From NCBI GenBank assembly GCA_043228905.1, contig JBHGNT010000010.1:8742001-8806000 (forward strand): DNA of 64,000 bases. The letters are read 5' to 3'. The position numbers and the translations under genes are program-made. Shown here piece by piece: positions 62,586 through 64,000 of the stretch; position 1 is the stretch's first letter; each line of letters starts with the position of its first letter. The notes beneath the pieces were generated by a model. It was not told the origin of the DNA and searched no databases. It saw only the letters and a list, made by a program, of their open reading frames with translations. Origin of the DNA: Azolla caroliniana. Taxonomy: Eukaryota > Plantae > Polypodiophyta.

Positions 62586-64000
62586 TGTTATGATATGACA
62601 AGACTCGAACCCATAACCTTCTGTTATATACATTACATTATCTATTGTAATACATGAAATATTATTTTCATTTAAGTTTTACTATCGAAAATTATTGTAT
62701 ATTCCAGATTTCTCTAGAACATTCTAGAAGCTTCAAGACTATTCCTGAGAACACTATAAAAAAAGGCACAAGGCATTATTTCGAACCAAATTGGTTCAAC
62801 GCCAGTCTTAAGCCTCATAGCTATTTTGTACTTACTCTTCACATAATATATCATCTGTTATCATCATCCTCTCTCTCTCCCTCTCTCGGGAGTCTTACGC
62901 AGTCCCGTCCTCTTAGTACTAATAGTACTTCCCTTCTCCAATACTAAATCTCTCTCTGTTTTAGTACTATTCCTTACAGTTTGAACCAATTTTCCCTCTG
63001 TCCTTCTTTTCGGTTTCCCTCATCCTCTTACCCCTTTTTTCCAATACTATGGCTACTGTTAGCGCCCAAGAATATCAATCCGTTTTCTCTAAGCTACAGG
63101 GTCTAAAAGAAAATTTTTTTGCCTTGGAACAAGAAAACGAACGATTGTTAGGGGACCTTCAACAAATCGCTCTAGAAAAACAGCAAATGCAGCAACAACA
63201 TGGGGAGTTAGCGTTACGTGTACAACAACTCAAAGCAACCATCGTAGCATTGCAACAACAAGGATCAAGTCCCCAAGGATTTCATAAAGAGCCCAAGATT
63301 GGACTTCCTATGAAATTCGATGGAACGTGATCGCAATTCAGAGGATTTCTTAATCAAGTACGCTTAGTCATTCTAATGCATTCTTCCCAATGCCCCACTG
63401 ATGCATCCCAAATCGGCCTAATAAGCACGTTGCTTAGCGGCTCAGCCTTGGCATGGTTCGCTCCGCTTCTAGAAAAACAATTCCCTTGCTTAATAACTTT
63501 GAAGACTTTATTAGCGAGTTTAAAGCCTGCTTTGGAGATACCCACAGCATCAGGACGACGATCAACAAAATCCGATGATTGCATCAAGGTGATCGTCCAG
63601 CCTCTGCCTACATGGCAGATTTCCGTCTACTCGCCTCAGATATCCCTTGGGATGATCAGGCACTAATGGAGCAGTTTCGCTATGGCCTACGAAACGATGT
63701 CAAAGATTTACTCTTAACCTTCCCCGAAGAACCAAAGTATCTTAAAGAGGCAATCAGTCGAGCGGTCCGATGCGACAACCGCCTTTTCGAACGGCGTTCT
63801 AAACGTCAATTACAAATACCACGCCCTAGGCCGGAGCCCACATACGCCTCAGTCGCGGCTAAACCGTTTGCACGAGACGTATCTCAAGCAAATACTCCGA
63901 CACCGATGGAGATCGACACCATGCGTCGACGTGGCCCGTTATCGGAAGAAGAAAAGCAACGACAACGTGCAAATTGATTATGTCTTTATTGTGGTGGACC
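62586..64000 (+). mobile_element. Chromovirus C4, 5' part (LTR and disrupted gag), runs off the window
   Basis: LTR 62586-62978 (tgttatga..ttaca), self-complementary PBS, gag from 63049 homologous to C1 Gag. Confidence 0.92.

Overview
This is eukaryotic plant heterochromatin, most likely from a fern or other non-seed land plant (inferred from Tcn1-like chromoviruses, a Trp-primed Gypsy and an RTEX-like LINE). Almost the whole window is nested, mostly decayed transposable elements: several Ty1/Copia families, Ty3/Gypsy elements (four Tcn1-like chromovirus LTR families, two tRNA-Arg-primed Tat/Athila-type elements, a tRNA-Trp-primed non-autonomous element and its integrase-bearing relative), an L1 LINE, an RTEX-like LINE, two solo LTRs, a probable MULE terminus and a possible Helitron. 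The only host-gene sequence I recognise is one pseudogenised exon of the SUD1/CER9 (Doa10/MARCH6-type) E3 ligase. Many insertions resolve to the base with TG...CA ends and target-site duplications (TSDs). The most striking signal is a shared architecture in four otherwise dissimilar chromovirus-type LTRs. All four carry an antisense tRNA-like A-box/B-box module at the U3 tip; three also show heat-shock-element arrays and a Tf1-type self-priming pair whose two halves co-vary. Family letters (A-E, G, T, C) are my own labels. All alignments were done by eye, so boundaries without a TSD are approximate.
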